A DNA stretch of 59,802 nt, the filler included, from Basidiobolus ranarum (lineage: Eukaryota): the NCBI GenBank assembly GCA_040143965.1. It is 8 parts of 8 records of this genome, joined end to end, with 100 filler letters (N's around TTAATTAATTAA, not from the genome) between each part and the next. Parts side by side here need not be neighbours in the genome. Positions count along the whole stretch, not along the records: positions 1 to 7,408 come from JASJQH010001124.1; positions 7,509 to 14,916 come from JASJQH010001125.1; 6 more parts are not named here. One strand, 5' to 3'. Shown piece by piece: positions 1 to 13,475 of this stretch. Position 1 is the stretch's first letter. The number at the start of each line of letters is the position of its first letter. Made by a program: the position numbers and the translations under genes. The notes below the pieces were generated by a model. The model worked only from the letters and a program-made list of their open reading frames with translations, ran no database searches and was not told the DNA's origin.

Positions 1-1703
1 TATATCTGAAATTTGCTGATATAATCCAAATATATATGATAAATCACATTTTCAGTCATTGGTCTGGAGAATATGAATCTTCACTCTTTGATACCACATT
101 AGTTGCCTTTCTGTTGATAGAAAAAACTGGTTTACCTTATATTGGTGCTCAGAAGCACAGTGGCTATATGAAATAGGTATCTATTACTTGCCATTTGATG
201 TTAGACATGTAATATTAGTTTGAATATCAATCAACTATGCAGATTGAAATGCTGTAAGTAAAATGCCATAATAAATCAAAATTCATTTTGGCCTTTTGAT
301 AATGAAAAAGTTACAAGTATGTACAATTAGATTGAATTTTCTTTCATTAAACATGATATGGAGTTAGATTTATGGTATATAATGTTGAATATGAATGGAT
401 AAAAGCGAATGATATTATTACCTTGGAAATGACAGGAATTAATACTTGTGACAACACCATCATAAATTTTGAAAAGATACTCTGTGGAAGTGGAATAAGT
501 ACTGTTGTAGATATAACGATCAGTTATCAATTAAAGATTGAGTGGCATAGTAGTGTAACCCATTATTCCATCAATTTTATATACAATGGTGCAATTTTAA
601 AGACCAGAATTGTGCTTATGATATGGGGAAAAATAGTAGCCACTATTTACGAATTTCGATAGGAAACTAGTAAGAACTAGTATGACATGTTTCAACTCCA
701 TAAACTACATTATAATGATAAATGAGATGTGACTAGAGCCTAAGAAACATAAACTTACATTAATATTCATCATTTTCTATATCGATTTATCGTTAAAATG
801 AATCTGCATTTAGAAGCAAGTCTACATCACTAGTTTAAATCAATCAAGGTATATATATATTAATCGCTCAAGGTATATAAATGTATCGTCGGTTTCATCT
901 TAATAAAACTTCCCCAATCCAATGAGCAGTGTACAAATTCCCAACGAGAGACTAGTGAGAAAACTAGCAGAATATATAGAAATCAATTAGCACGAGCACG
1001 AGCACCAGCACGGGATTTATCCAGAAATTTCCGCTTTTACTAGAAAGTCTTGTTACGTTGAACAAACTATATGGTTGGACGAATTCTAGGAAATTGGCGA
1101 GTAAGGAGATTCGAAATTAGTACAGCAGCCAAAGCGATTGTCAGCGGTACTTTTGAATCAATAATATTTATGATAATTCCAGGGTCAGTGGAAGGGATTG
1201 GCTAATCGGTTTACATAATCAGCAGTGTAACTCACGTTTAAACATTCTAACATACAAATCATAATGAGTGGCTACGTTTAGAGCAATTGTTGGTATTGTT
1301 ATTGTTAATTTCTTGGATAAACAATCATATGCTTATCACATAGCGCTACGAGAAGGTTTGCTCTACCAAGCCGGATGATGCATGAAAAGCTAGTTCAATG
1401 TCAGACAAAGTTACTTTAAATGAAACCAAGTATTTTCATCCCCATTGACAAACAAGCTAGTATATATATATGCATCGTCAAAGTAACCAGGAAGCCATTA
1501 CTATTGGAACGTAGTTATTCGTGCAACCATCTGGTGACCATTTGTAACCATAATGGTGGTTGTTATTCCATATAATGGGCATAATTAATGCATATGCGGT
1601 GTTTGCTTAGAGTATGGTACTACTAGCGGTACCACAGTGCGGTACTACATCTTCGCACTTCCTAGCTAAATAATGTGATTGTTCAACCCGCATCCAACTT
1701 CAC

Positions 1704-1710
1704 TATATAA
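1704..1710 (+). promoter_or_regulatory. TATA-like box of the Kre9-like gene
   Basis: TATATAA about 70 nt upstream of the ATG at 1780. Confidence 0.45.
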
Positions 1711-1779
1711 TCCATGCCACTCCTTTCTACAACGACAATCACTACCACTTCATTCTAGTACTACTAGCATCTAATCAAC

Positions 1780-2521
1780 ATGTTCACCAAGTCTATTGTC
1801 AGTGTTGCTTTGTTAGCTGCTTCAGTTGTTGCCGACTATTCAATTACCCAACCTGTTGATGGTACTGTCTGGAAGAGTGGTTCCAAGGTCATCATTACTT
1901 GGTAAGCATCTTGGATTAATTCTCATCTAACATTCAATATCTAACTCCCAGAATTATTATAGGACTGCCGATAGTCAACCACCCGCTGCCCCCGCCAAGT
2001 TCGATCTTACCTTGATGTCAGGAGATGAAAAAGCTCTTCAGGTCACTGCCAACATTGCCAGTGGAGTTGACACTGCTGCTGGAAAATATGAATGGACTGT
2101 TCCTGCTGGTATTGAAAAGGGTACCACTTACGCTGTTCGTGCTGGTAACGGCGGTGAAGTGAAGTACAGTCACTTCTTCAGTGTTGCCGCTGGAAATGCT
2201 GCCTCGTCTGCAGCCTCCGTATCTGCTGCTCCTTCTAGCTCTGCCAAGCCCTCCGGCTCCTCCACTGGATCTCTCAGCGCTACTGGTTCTGTCGCCCCTA
2301 AGCCTTCCGTACCTGTCTCATCTAACTCCACTGCCAGTGCCACACCTTCCTCCGCCAGTAAGGCTTCTTCCTCTGCTAGTAAGGTAGCTACTACCGCCAA
2401 CACCAGTGCTCCTCCCGTACCAACCCAGAGCAAGGCCGCTACCGGTGGTTCAGCCCAACTTTCTGGATCCATTGTCCTTGCTGCTATCCCAGCAGCTTTG
2501 ATGGCACTTTTCCGTCAATAA
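1780..2521 (+). CDS. Secreted Ser/Thr/Ala-rich, probably GPI-anchored cell-wall protein with a Kre9/Knh1-like N-terminal Ig-like domain; exons 1780-1901 and 1963-2521; 226 aa
   Basis: ATG at 1780 gives MFTKSIVSVALLAASVVADYSITQPVDGTVWKSGSKVIITW (signal peptide plus a Kre9-type ITxP...W...V.ITW pattern). A GTAAGC...CTAAC...TAG intron at 1902-1962 joins in frame to ORF 2012..2521. An S/A/P/T-rich stalk precedes a hydrophobic C-terminal tail (IVLAAIPAALMALF). Confidence 0.85.
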
Positions 2522-3483
2522 ATATAATTGATTCACAATTTTAGAGTTGACGCGAGCATCATCCATCAATATCCGCACCGTAGCCGTATCCGTATCTGTA
2601 TCCAATTTACTACAATAATTTCTTAATCCACTGATTTATCATTACAGAGTGTTTGTTTTTGGTCATAGTAGTCTCGTTAATTCCCAACATTCTGTTCACA
2701 ATTGATAATAAACTATACTTGAATCGAATCCTTATGAAGTAAATACTTGAAGCGAATGCTTGTCAACTTATGCTTACTAGATGTAATTCTGACTGGATCG
2801 TAGCTAGCTCCGATAGGCTGAGTTAGAGAATGACCAGCGGTGATTGCAATGCGGATGATTTGTATGGTTTTGGTAATTCCAGTACTGCTTCTCACGAACC
2901 AGCAGCAGACCCACAGAATAAGCGTAGGTAACGGTAAAAAAAATTCAATGCGTACAAATAATTCAGTTTGGACCAATGGGATGCTGTGATGGTAGTTGTA
3001 ACGGTGAATGATGCAAATCTACACGATTAAGCCAATTCGGAGTGGATTGGGTAGATGCTAATGCTCCCCTGGATGATCGAATGTATCACATTACTTGAAT
3101 ATTTGCAAGAGTGGCCCATTTCCACTGCACCATCTATACTGCTTCATCTATACTGCACTGCTGACAGAATCCCTTGAATAGCTGTCATTTCTGAATAATT
3201 TACTTGCCAGTGGATTGGAAACTCAGGAGAGCAACCTCAAAGCTTATCGGAAAGGACCACTTGGCCCGTTTGATCATCGCACCACTTACATCTCCTGAGC
3301 ATGGCCGATCTGATGGTGACAGAATTGAGGAATTCTTCTTGTATATATACAATGTTTCTTTCTCTTGCCATCCAGCTACACGACAACTATTCTCTTAATT
3401 ACTTGCTTTTATCTCATATTTCCTTCAACCTTCCAATCCGTTGTATCTCTTCTCTTCACACTTTTATCAGCTAGAGAGCGGAA

Positions 3484-4767
3484 ATGGACGGAATCCAACT
3501 GGGCTTGGTAATATTCCTGATCATATGGATTCTCTTTCTTTTAACCTCACTGGTCATCCTGATTCACCAACGGGAGAGTCCAGCTATCAAGCATCGAGGA
3601 TTGGTTTTACTCTGTTTAAGCGTGGTGACAAATGGAGTGCTCACGAGTGGGTACATCTTGCGTGAAGTTGACCCGGGAATTTACCCGTGCTTTTTAGTAC
3701 TATGGGTGACATCGATCGGGATACCATTATGGTTTCTAGTGATGGGAGCACGTTTCTTGAGGCTGGCCTTTCTTTACCGATACAATCAAGCGAAACTACT
3801 CTACGCTATGAACACACTGTTTAAAGAGGTTGAAGGGAATAAAGAAACCAAGGATATCGCCAAAGTACCATTTTATCGTGGCTTTGGAATTACCGAGGAT
3901 TGGTATATAAGAAATCGTGAATTGATGTCGTGTACTACGTTATTAAGATATGTAGGATATTGCGTTGTATTTCATATTTCTTTAACTATCATGATCCAAA
4001 TCGGTACCGATCAAGCCACTACCTCTGGTTCAGTGGGTTGCGGGTTTACTTGGGAGCTTATTCCCAGAGTGGGATTCCACGCTTTCTATGTATTCATCAT
4101 GCTGCCAGGGCTAGCGTTCTTGGTATGGGGCATCGAAGATTCGTACTGGATCAAGAGGGAACTAACGGTGGTAATGTTTATAGAAGCAATTGCATTTATC
4201 GTAAGAACCTTGGCATTGTTCACACCTAACCTACAGAACATCCAACTATTCTTCCCGGAGACGATCTGGACATTGGGTGCGTTGGTACTTGTTCACTTTA
4301 ATACGGTGGTAATACCTATAGTGAATTCCTATTTAAACGCTGGACATACCTTGGGACTGAATAAAAGTTCCTTCCTGCAGGTTCTAGAGAATCCTGAGAT
4401 GTTTGAAAAGTTCAAAAATTTCGCGGTGAAAGATTTTAGTGTAGAGAATATCTTATTCTATGAACATTATCAAAAATTATCCGAGATCGCCTATTCTCAT
4501 GAAGATATGGGTGCTGTACAAGAGAATGGTGAGCCAGATCCCGTCACTCAAGAGATTGATAGAATGTATAAACTTTTCTTCCAACCTGGTGCTAGATATG
4601 AGTTAAATGTGACCGGTGCCACTCTGAGAGAGATCAAAGTGGAATTGGAACGTGGTCCCCCCTACTTTACAAAGATTTTCGAGAAAGCCCAGGTGGAGAT
4701 CATGACCGTCATGTATCAACATTCCTACCCTAGATTCCTCAGAAACGGTGAAACCACACAGGGATGA
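3484..4767 (+). CDS. Seven-transmembrane protein fused to a C-terminal RGS domain (GprK/AtRGS1-like architecture), 427 aa, intronless
   Basis: Seven hydrophobic segments in roughly aa 4-280, then RGS motifs FLQVLEN...FKNFAVKDFSVENILFY, FFQPGARYELNV and IFEKAQVEI...MYQHSYPRFL. Confidence 0.9.
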   Translation: MDGIQLGLVIFLIIWILFLLTSLVILIHQRESPAIKHRGLVLLCLSVVTNGVLTSGYILREVDPGIYPCFLVLWVTSIGIPLWFLVMGARFLRLAFLYRYNQAKLLYAMNTLFKEVEGNKETKDIAKVPFYRGFGITEDWYIRNRELMSCTTLLRYVGYCVVFHISLTIMIQIGTDQATTSGSVGCGFTWELIPRVGFHAFYVFIMLPGLAFLVWGIEDSYWIKRELTVVMFIEAIAFIVRTLALFTPNLQNIQLFFPETIWTLGALVLVHFNTVVIPIVNSYLNAGHTLGLNKSSFLQVLENPEMFEKFKNFAVKDFSVENILFYEHYQKLSEIAYSHEDMGAVQENGEPDPVTQEIDRMYKLFFQPGARYELNVTGATLREIKVELERGPPYFTKIFEKAQVEIMTVMYQHSYPRFLRNGETTQG

Positions 4768-6639
4768 GGTGGAGGGTGAGGGTGAGAAAGATTGCCTGTG
4801 GTGTGAAAGGGTGAGAGTTTTCGTGAAGTTCCAAGTTTGATACTTTCACTCGATTTACTTCGGGACTGCCTCCCTTTTACTGCATTCTCCTATTCTACAG
4901 TCAGGAAATTAGTCACTTCCCCTCTTTATTAATCCATCCCAACCTATCATCTGTTTTGTAAACATTTCATTTCTGTGCATGAGGGGGTTTCAGTTCGAAC
5001 ATGAGAGGGGTGAACCTTAACTTTACTTGCATACGTCATTACTTCTTTTCTATTCAAATCCCCCCTTTCTCCCTTAGGATTCATCTTGCTAGAATTAATA
5101 TTGTATTTATCGAAATATAGCCGATGTTTAGCATTCAATAGGGCTTCTTCTATAACCCAATGAAAATGTTTGTACTTAATTACAAATTAGGCGGGTAACT
5201 GATAAAGTGACATGTTCATATCCCCATCCTGAATTGGTTAGAAATAGGTTTAGTGAAGTACTAAAAACTAGATCCAGTGACGAGTTCTTAATTCCAACTC
5301 TTGTATAAATCATGTTACGGAATAGTATTTGGATTTAGACCCAGGTCAAATATTCCTGAAGTTTTAGTGTTTAGTGTCGATATAGATTTTCAAGTTTTAT
5401 CCCGTTTTTATGTGTCAGTCTAATGGTGGATCATATCATATATTGGCTATATTTGAAAATTCCACCACATATTGACGCGATAAGAAAAATCATACCCAAA
5501 CAGTAATTTTAAATTAATCATTTATTATTATTTAGTAGGATTCACTTTTGGTATGGGCTCTTATTAATAGACTTTGTTATCAGAGATTTCCTGTAGTATT
5601 GTATTAATTGCTTTATTCTTATCAGAACATGCTAACATAGCAGATAAGTAACTTTATTGTTTCAGATATTTAGGTGTTGTATTTAAGGATGTATTGGAAA
5701 AGTGAGGAAATTACAATGTAGTAATAAAGACATGCAGAGTTTTCTATTTCAAATTTAGTAGCTATAAGTACCATCCTTTCTAATTTTGGATTTATATATA
5801 ACAACAACAGTTAACTGAGATGTTGAATTACAAATTATGCTCCATCAAAAATAAAGTTATCTTATGTGAAATATATTTCATGTAAACAAAGCTCACTAAG
5901 TTGCTGAATGAAGATTAATTATCCAGCACATTCCCTTATTATAATCTTATCTTGTACATATACATCAATACCCACACTGACTCTTTGCTTTTGGAAAGTT
6001 AGAGTTTTGAGTGCTTTTATCAATATATCTGCAAGCATGCTTTGGCTCTTTCTAGCTTTGTTTGCTAATAATGCTACTACATACAAGATTTCTGATAGCA
6101 TCCATAGTATTAGCCCACTTGCCATTTCAACATAAAAATTAATTAATACTTGTTAACAGATTTTCTTGTTTCAAAATCTCCAGTTGTTTTGCTATATTTG
6201 GCTGATGCTTTCTATTGAGTTCCTCCCAGATATTGGCATGATCAACCCTGGAATCAATATAGAGTCAAGTCATATTTCTCAGAAGCAACTTTTTGCATAT
6301 GCTCACAGTGTTTTTTCCTCCAGAATTCAAATCAATATGCATGCCTTTATTTATATATTTTAGGCTTTATATTCCAGTCATATTGAGAATCAAAAAAATA
6401 CAAGAATCTTGTTGTGTTTAGTCTCTACATATGCACATACATAACTGATCAGATATAACTCAACAACATCAATATACTTTACCAGCAAACTAATGATGGA
6501 AAAATTGCTAAACTTCAGAATTTTTTTTGGTTAATATACTCTGGAGCCTCCTTAACCCATGGCACTACATCCTTCACTGAATTTGCTGATCCATTGTTAA
6601 TCAGATCAGCATACAGTAATACTCACAATTTCACATGGA

Positions 6640-7174
6640 GCATCAGAGTGTCACCCATATATACAATGATATTAGCTTTAAAAAAGTATTCACCCATCAG
6701 AACCACATTAGATAACCATTCAAATTCTGCAATTTAAGGCTCCAAGAAGCTATCTATAAGCACTGGTGATGTAGGTCCAGATATGATGGATAGTACCAAA
6801 GTATTATGACTCTTATCCCATTCAGAAGGAGGAAGATTCAAGTTAATTAAAATTGTTGGTCAGCAAGCCTTGTGATCAGTATATTTGATTAGTGAGAAAC
6901 CATCCAGACCCTATACAAATACATGCTCATAAGTGTTCTCAGTACTGGAATAACCAAGGTCAACATCTGGCAGCATGTCCGCAATGCTGTCTGGTCTTTC
7001 CAGTTTGACCAAAGTTGCATTTCTGCCTACATTATTCTGGTCATATACCTGTGATAACTCCACAATATCTTGACTTTTAGCAGTGTCACCAAAATTCTGA
7101 GGCAATGCACAGACAGTGGCCTCAGTGGGCAAAACTAAAGTTGATTTTGTGCACTTATTACTGTTGACATTCAC
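6640..7174 (-). mobile_element. Degenerate CACTA/CMC-EnSpm (Transposase_21-like) transposase fragment
   Basis: Reading through the stop at 6911 gives GLDGFSLIK...*PTILINLNLPPSEWDKSHNTLVLSIISGPTSPVLIDSFLEP*IAEFEWL...FKANIIVYMGD. This matches the DGF...WP...N.NLPP...IPGP..P...DSFL.PL..E...GD pattern of this family and contains several stops. The relic may extend across about 5900-7400. Confidence 0.75.
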
Positions 7175-7408
7175 CAGGCTTTGTGCAACTGGTGGCTTCC
7201 AAAAGTGACTGTACTTCTGATTATTTTTTCTACCAAGCCTCTCCTTTCATAGCACAAGAATATGTGACAATAACAGCAGGGCTTCTTTAAGTGTATGTGT
7301 TGCAGCATGAGAAGGATATTGTGGGAAAAGAACACCTCCAATATAAGGGTGGTATTTGAGGCATAACTCATCAATGTCATCAGCTGATTCTGTGATGGTG
7401 TCACAGAT

Positions 7409-7508
7409 NNNNNNNNNNNNNNNNNNNNNNNNNNNNNNNNNNNNNNNNNNNNTTAATTAATTAANNNNNNNNNNNNNNNNNNNNNNNNNNNNNNNNNNNN
7501 NNNNNNNN
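7409..7508. other. Artificial contig-joining spacer (N44-TTAATTAATTAA-N44)
   Basis: Identical 100-nt spacer with stop codons in all six frames; it occurs 7 times in the window. Confidence 0.98.
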
Positions 7509-8695
7509 TAAGTAAATAATACATTTATTGAGGGGGTTTCCAAGTGTTTAAGTTTGAGGGAGGATTCTGTTGGGTCTTGATAATTTTCTCGTTTAACTCT
7601 CTTGGTAATAACGACTTCCATTGAAGTGGAAGGTTGAGAACGTTTGTTGGGGGGAATATCGTTCACTTTGCGCTTTGTTAACGTTAATACGTTCAAGATT
7701 TCAGACGCTGAGTCTTCGTCAAACTCAGTCTCATTTAATGCAGCATATATTGTTACTGCAGTAACCAAATTTAACATTTTCGTATTGACTATAATTTTTT
7801 AAAGCTTTAGTTTTACCTGGTTTTAGCGTGGGATACTTTGAAAATAGAGCTGGATAGAACTCTTTTAGTACTTCGGGATCATAAAAGCCATCCAACATAC
7901 TAGTCGTAGTGACCAACACTGAAGACTTTAGGCAAAATAGGGGTGGATAAAAAGTCACAATAAATAATGAAGTAAATCAAATCTCGCTTGTTGGTTGTGA
8001 CTATTTTCGGGGTAAGCATATAAATAACTATGAGGACCAATCAAACAGATGACAAGTCATAATACCTGCTGCTAACCCAGAGTGATACATATCACTATAG
8101 ATTATCGTCTAGTAGGTAGTAAAGTGCTTAAGTGATTTATCTTAATTTATGGCAAACTTCTATTATTCAGGTTGCTCTTCCAGTTTTTAGTTGTACAACT
8201 GTCGCAGTCAGTGATACGTCATAGAATCCATAATTATGCTCGCATGAACTGCGAGGTAGTAAATAAGCAGCATAAACACTCACAAGAATCTTATTTGAGA
8301 TATTGGATTTATGCTAATTATAATTAATATCAGTCAAGGCCAGTAGGATTCAACTCATACGAATCTTGCTTTCTAACATTTTGTATAAAGCTAAGAACAG
8401 TGTAAGGACATCATAGACGACGCATTAGGTATCATCAAAGCCATCGGTTCTAGGCTGAAATTATAAATATCAAGAGTTCTCCAAAGTACTTCAAAGATAA
8501 CAGTAAATATTTAACTATATTAAAGTAGTATACTAAGTACAGACTGATCTGATGGTTTTATTGCCTTGGGTAGACAAAAAAACCTGTCATTGGATTCTAC
8601 TCTGGTAAATAGAATAGCAAATCGAAAGTGTGGAAATATTTCAAGGAAAAGGTAGTAGAGAGAGAATAGCGAATGATAGTATAGCTGAGAGGCAT

Positions 8696-9478
<783 letters not shown>

Positions 9479-10215
9479 AGTTGATAATTTGTCGATGTTC
9501 CTTTGCGACGGAGGGTAGAGATATCTCTTGACTGTTTTTTTCGGAAGGGAAAAGGCAGAGGAAAAGGAGGGTAGAGGTAGATTAATCCAGAAGAAATACT
9601 TTCTTTTCAAAGCCAAATGGAACAATATCGACAATGATTGTTAGGGGATAATCCAGGGATGAAAGGGAGGGAGTGGGTGACTTCCGTAAATAAAGTGTTG
9701 GAATCCTATTTATTAAGGGGTATATGGACCAAGATTGTAGTTATCGAATGGCCATATGTTTCTCAATAGATATAAGCATCTGTTAAATACGATTATCGTA
9801 CGTTGTCTATTCATCATGAAGGAGTACAAACTCCAAATTGTTCATTGGTTTGCTATAATTCAAGACAAAGAAGAGAACTACCACGATATGAATTACTTCA
9901 TGATAATTTTACTTTCTACAAGTATGAACTCGACAATTTTTAAACTTTGTTAGGAGAGATTACTTCCAGTTTGGTCGTTACACTATGCAATCAATAAGTA
10001 TTCCTGCATTTTTAAAAATCAATTATAACACAAATCTCATGCTTGCTTAATAAGCTACAGAAATTTGAAAACAGGTTGGTAAAGAAATGTTTCTAGTACT
10101 TTTAATAACGTGGATCATCTCTTTTGAGGGTGAAGGAAATACCAATGATAGAGATAGTTTCCAAATGGCCGAGTACGATTTAACTTCGAAAGAGTTTACA
10201 TTGATTTTGGGCTTT

Positions 10216-10906
10216 CTAAACATTGCCAAATATAAGTCGAATCTCACGAGTAGCGCTTTCTTGTGAGTCACTTCCATGTACTGCGTTCTCGGAGCCATCT
10301 TTTCCAAACTGAGCACGGATGCTATTAATTTACACAGAGTTAGTTTAGTTTTTCATTGTGAATAGAATTGTAGTAACTAGAAGTTTCTATGATTTTACCT
10401 GGTAGAGGCGATTTCACGAGCCTTCTCAGAATTGGTGGGCCCCATTAGAGCCCTCCAAGACTTGATAGCCTCGGGTTTTTGAAGGATCATTGCATAGAAT
10501 GGGGAACTATATGAATAAAAGATGAAATGAATATCTTCGATTAGCGCTGCTGGCAAGATAATATGCCCTAATTTTGTAGTTACCTGCTCATCCAAGTAGT
10601 CAGATCTTCGAAGAAAGGCCTACCCTTATGCTCTTCATAAAACTCACTCATTAACTCTTTGTTACCTATTACTTCCTTCTCCATCACGATTGAAAACCCT
10701 TCGGACAGGATTCTTTCACGTATAGCTGGTAAATAGCCAGCCTTGTAAGCATCTGGTTTGACTAAAGCAAGTGTATTTTGAGTAGGCTGGGGAAACAATG
10801 TATGGCTGAAAGTTTGATATATTGAAGGCAGAGAGACCCAATCGAAAAACACGTTCGCTACAAGAGCCACAGTAAGCACAAGGATGGAAGTAACGTAGAA
10901 ACGCAT
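10216..10906 (-). CDS. Nucleoside diphosphate kinase (group II-like) with an N-terminal signal peptide/anchor; exons 10906-10584, 10506-10399, 10321-10216; 178 aa
   Basis: TLALVKPDA, FYEEHKGRPFF, WRALMGPTNS and SIRAQFGKDGSENAVHGSDS (catalytic His motif intact). Two GT-AG introns are in frame. The N-terminus MRFYVTSILVLTVALVANVFF is hydrophobic. Confidence 0.9.
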
Positions 10907-11393
10907 TTTACAAGTACTTTACTAGTACAACATAAAAAAGTTATCTATAGATATATGCAAAACGTAATGTTGAGTCAATGTGATTTGATACCAGAAACTT
11001 GATTTCGTTTCCATGAATGATTGGGCAGATGCCACGTCGATTCACAAGTTAAATCCTAATCAAGTAGATCCTTCAAAGTATATTTCAATGGGTCGAGGCC
11101 AATTCCCCTTTTCGTTTACATTATTAATGCGATTTGAACAAAAAGGAACACTGGTTAGCAAAATGCGGTGATATGATTAAAAAGCGAACAAGAATTCAAA
11201 TACACATTGATCATTTATTATGTTGAATACGGGAAAGGTTTTGTTGGATGTTTCGATAATTACAACAACTGCAAGCTGTCAAGTCGCAAAGAGCTCGGAT
11301 TATTTAGAATGTGCATGTAGGGGATGAGTGTGTTGAAGATTTGGTATTGTTTGTTATACGAATAATGACCTCATAAGAGGAGAGGGTGATCAT

Positions 11394-13475
11394 TTAGTTC
11401 CCAGCAACCTTGGCAATTAAAACCTCAACAATGCCAGGATCAGCAACGGTGCTTAAATCTCCAAGAGTATCTGCTTCACCTGCAACAATCTTTCTGAGAA
11501 TACGTCTCATAATCTTTCCACTTCTAGTCTTGGGAAGGTCAGGTACAATATAGATTTTCTTTGGAGTGGCGAAAGGACCAATGTGCTTACGAATAGCAGC
11601 TACTAATTCTTTGATCATACCAGCTTCTTCTTTGTCTGCGTAATCTGGCTTAAGAGTGATGTAGCAACAAATAGCTTGACCTGTCAGCTCATCATTCATA
11701 GCAACACCGGCTGCTTCGGCCACTGATTCATGAGCAATGAGAGCAGATTCGATTTCAGCTGTACTAAGACGATGACCAGATACGTTAATAACATCATCAA
11801 CACGCCCACGGATCCATATGTAGCCGTCTTTATCACGGGTAGCACCATCACCAGTAAAGTAGTAGCCCTGATAAGCACGAGTGTAGGTGTTTAAGTAACG
11901 CTGATGATCGTTGTAAATGGTACGTGCCATAGAAGGCCAGGGGTTTCTTACAGCAAGAACTCCTGTGACATCAAGACCATCGAGCTCTTTACCGGTATGG
12001 GGATCAAGAATGGCAACATCAATACCAAAGAATGGCAAAGTGGCACTGCCAGGCTTGGTGGCGATAGCTCCAGGTAATGGAGTGACAATAATGGATCCAG
12101 TTTCGGTTTGCCAGTATGTATCAACAATGGCGCATTCGCCTTTTCCAACCACAGTGTTGTACCAATTCCAAGCTTCAGGATTAATGGGCTCACCAACACT
12201 TCCAATCACACGTAATGAGGAAAGGTCATACCCATCTACAAAGTGATCACCAAGTCTCCTTAAAGCTCTGATGGCAGTAGGTGCGGTGTAAAATTGGGTA
12301 AGCTTGTGTTTGGAGACCAAGTCCCAATAACGACTTCCATCGGGATAAGTGGGAATAGATTCAAAGAGAACAGTGGTTACTCCGTTGGAAAGAGGGCCAT
12401 ACACAATATAGGAATGGCCAGTGATCCATCCAACATCGGCCATACAACCAAATACATCACCTTCATGAAGATCGAAGATATATTTGGCTGTAGCAGTAGT
12501 TCCTAGTAAGTATCCACCAGTAGTATGGAGGACGCCCTTTGGCTTACCAGTAGAGCCGGAGGTGTAAAGTAAGAACAAAGGATCTTCAGGGTGCATGGGA
12601 GTTGGTACGCAGTAAGGGCGAGCTTTTTGTAACTCTTCATGCCACCAACCTTCGCGAGAAGAATCAAGTCTAACTTCGGGGTTTCCAGTTCTTTGAACAA
12701 CAAGAACCTTTTGAATGGTAGGGCAGGTTTTCAAAGCTTCATCTGCAATCTTTTTAGTATGAATAGCCTTTCCGCCACGTTTGCCTTCATCACATGTAAT
12801 CAAAAGTTTGCAAGAGGCATCCTGGATACGTTCAGCTAGTGATTCAGCAGAAAATCCAGCAAACACAACATTATGAACAAGACCTATTCTTGCGCAGGCC
12901 AACATGGAAATTACGGCCTCTGGTACCATTGGTAGGTAAATGGCGACTGTATCACCCTTTTTCAAGCCATAAGTCTGGAATAAATTAGAGAGACGAGATA
13001 CTTCACGCAACAAATGCTGGTATGTGATCTTGAGTGTCTCAGCTCCAGGTTCATCTTGCTCATAGATGATGGCAACTCTGTTGGGGTCTTTCAACGCATG
13101 ACGATCAACACAATTGTAGCAGGCATTGATTTCACCATCGTGGAACCAGGAAACATCACCCTCGTGGAAGGAACCTGAGCGAACAGCTTCGAAAGGTTTT
13201 GACCAGTGAAGCAACTCTTTGGCCAGCTTATCGAAGTAAGCGTCTGGATCTTCAATACTTTCTTTGTATAGAGCTTTGTATTGCTCAAGAGAGCTAATAT
13301 GAGGAGTAGGATATTTGGAGGCGGGCAGTCTCTTGGGGACAGGATGAATGGGGTCGGGGTCAGAAAACCCCTCCGGAAGAGACTTCGATTGGTGATCTGA
13401 AGCTTCATTGTATTGTTTGTGCTTATCGTCTTGAAGATCGAATTTAGGATGAACAGCTTGCTCGACAATGACCAT
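11394..13475 (-). CDS. ACS: Acetyl-CoA synthetase (AMP-forming), 693 aa, intronless
   Basis: [65 protein letters not shown] and [11 protein letters not shown]. Confidence 0.97.
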   Translation of the reverse strand: MVIVEQAVHPKFDLQDDKHKQYNEASDHQSKSLPEGFSDPDPIHPVPKRLPASKYPTPHISSLEQYKALYKESIEDPDAYFDKLAKELLHWSKPFEAVRSGSFHEGDVSWFHDGEINACYNCVDRHALKDPNRVAIIYEQDEPGAETLKITYQHLLREVSRLSNLFQTYGLKKGDTVAIYLPMVPEAVISMLACARIGLVHNVVFAGFSAESLAERIQDASCKLLITCDEGKRGGKAIHTKKIADEALKTCPTIQKVLVVQRTGNPEVRLDSSREGWWHEELQKARPYCVPTPMHPEDPLFLLYTSGSTGKPKGVLHTTGGYLLGTTATAKYIFDLHEGDVFGCMADVGWITGHSYIVYGPLSNGVTTVLFESIPTYPDGSRYWDLVSKHKLTQFYTAPTAIRALRRLGDHFVDGYDLSSLRVIGSVGEPINPEAWNWYNTVVGKGECAIVDTYWQTETGSIIVTPLPGAIATKPGSATLPFFGIDVAILDPHTGKELDGLDVTGVLAVRNPWPSMARTIYNDHQRYLNTYTRAYQGYYFTGDGATRDKDGYIWIRGRVDDVINVSGHRLSTAEIESALIAHESVAEAAGVAMNDELTGQAICCYITLKPDYADKEEAGMIKELVAAIRKHIGPFATPKKIYIVPDLPKTRSGKIMRRILRKIVAGEADTLGDLSTVADPGIVEVLIAKVAGN

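Noticed and set aside
2170-2472. Antisense and alternate-frame ORFs over real genes (also within ACS, CHS, TTI1, MUB1)
   Set aside because: These are shadow ORFs caused by codon bias, with no recognisable motifs.
7453-7464. TTAATTAATTAA as a biological motif (PacI-like site or piggyBac TTAA target)
   Set aside because: It is always centred in exactly 44+44 Ns, so it is an artificial six-frame stop linker.
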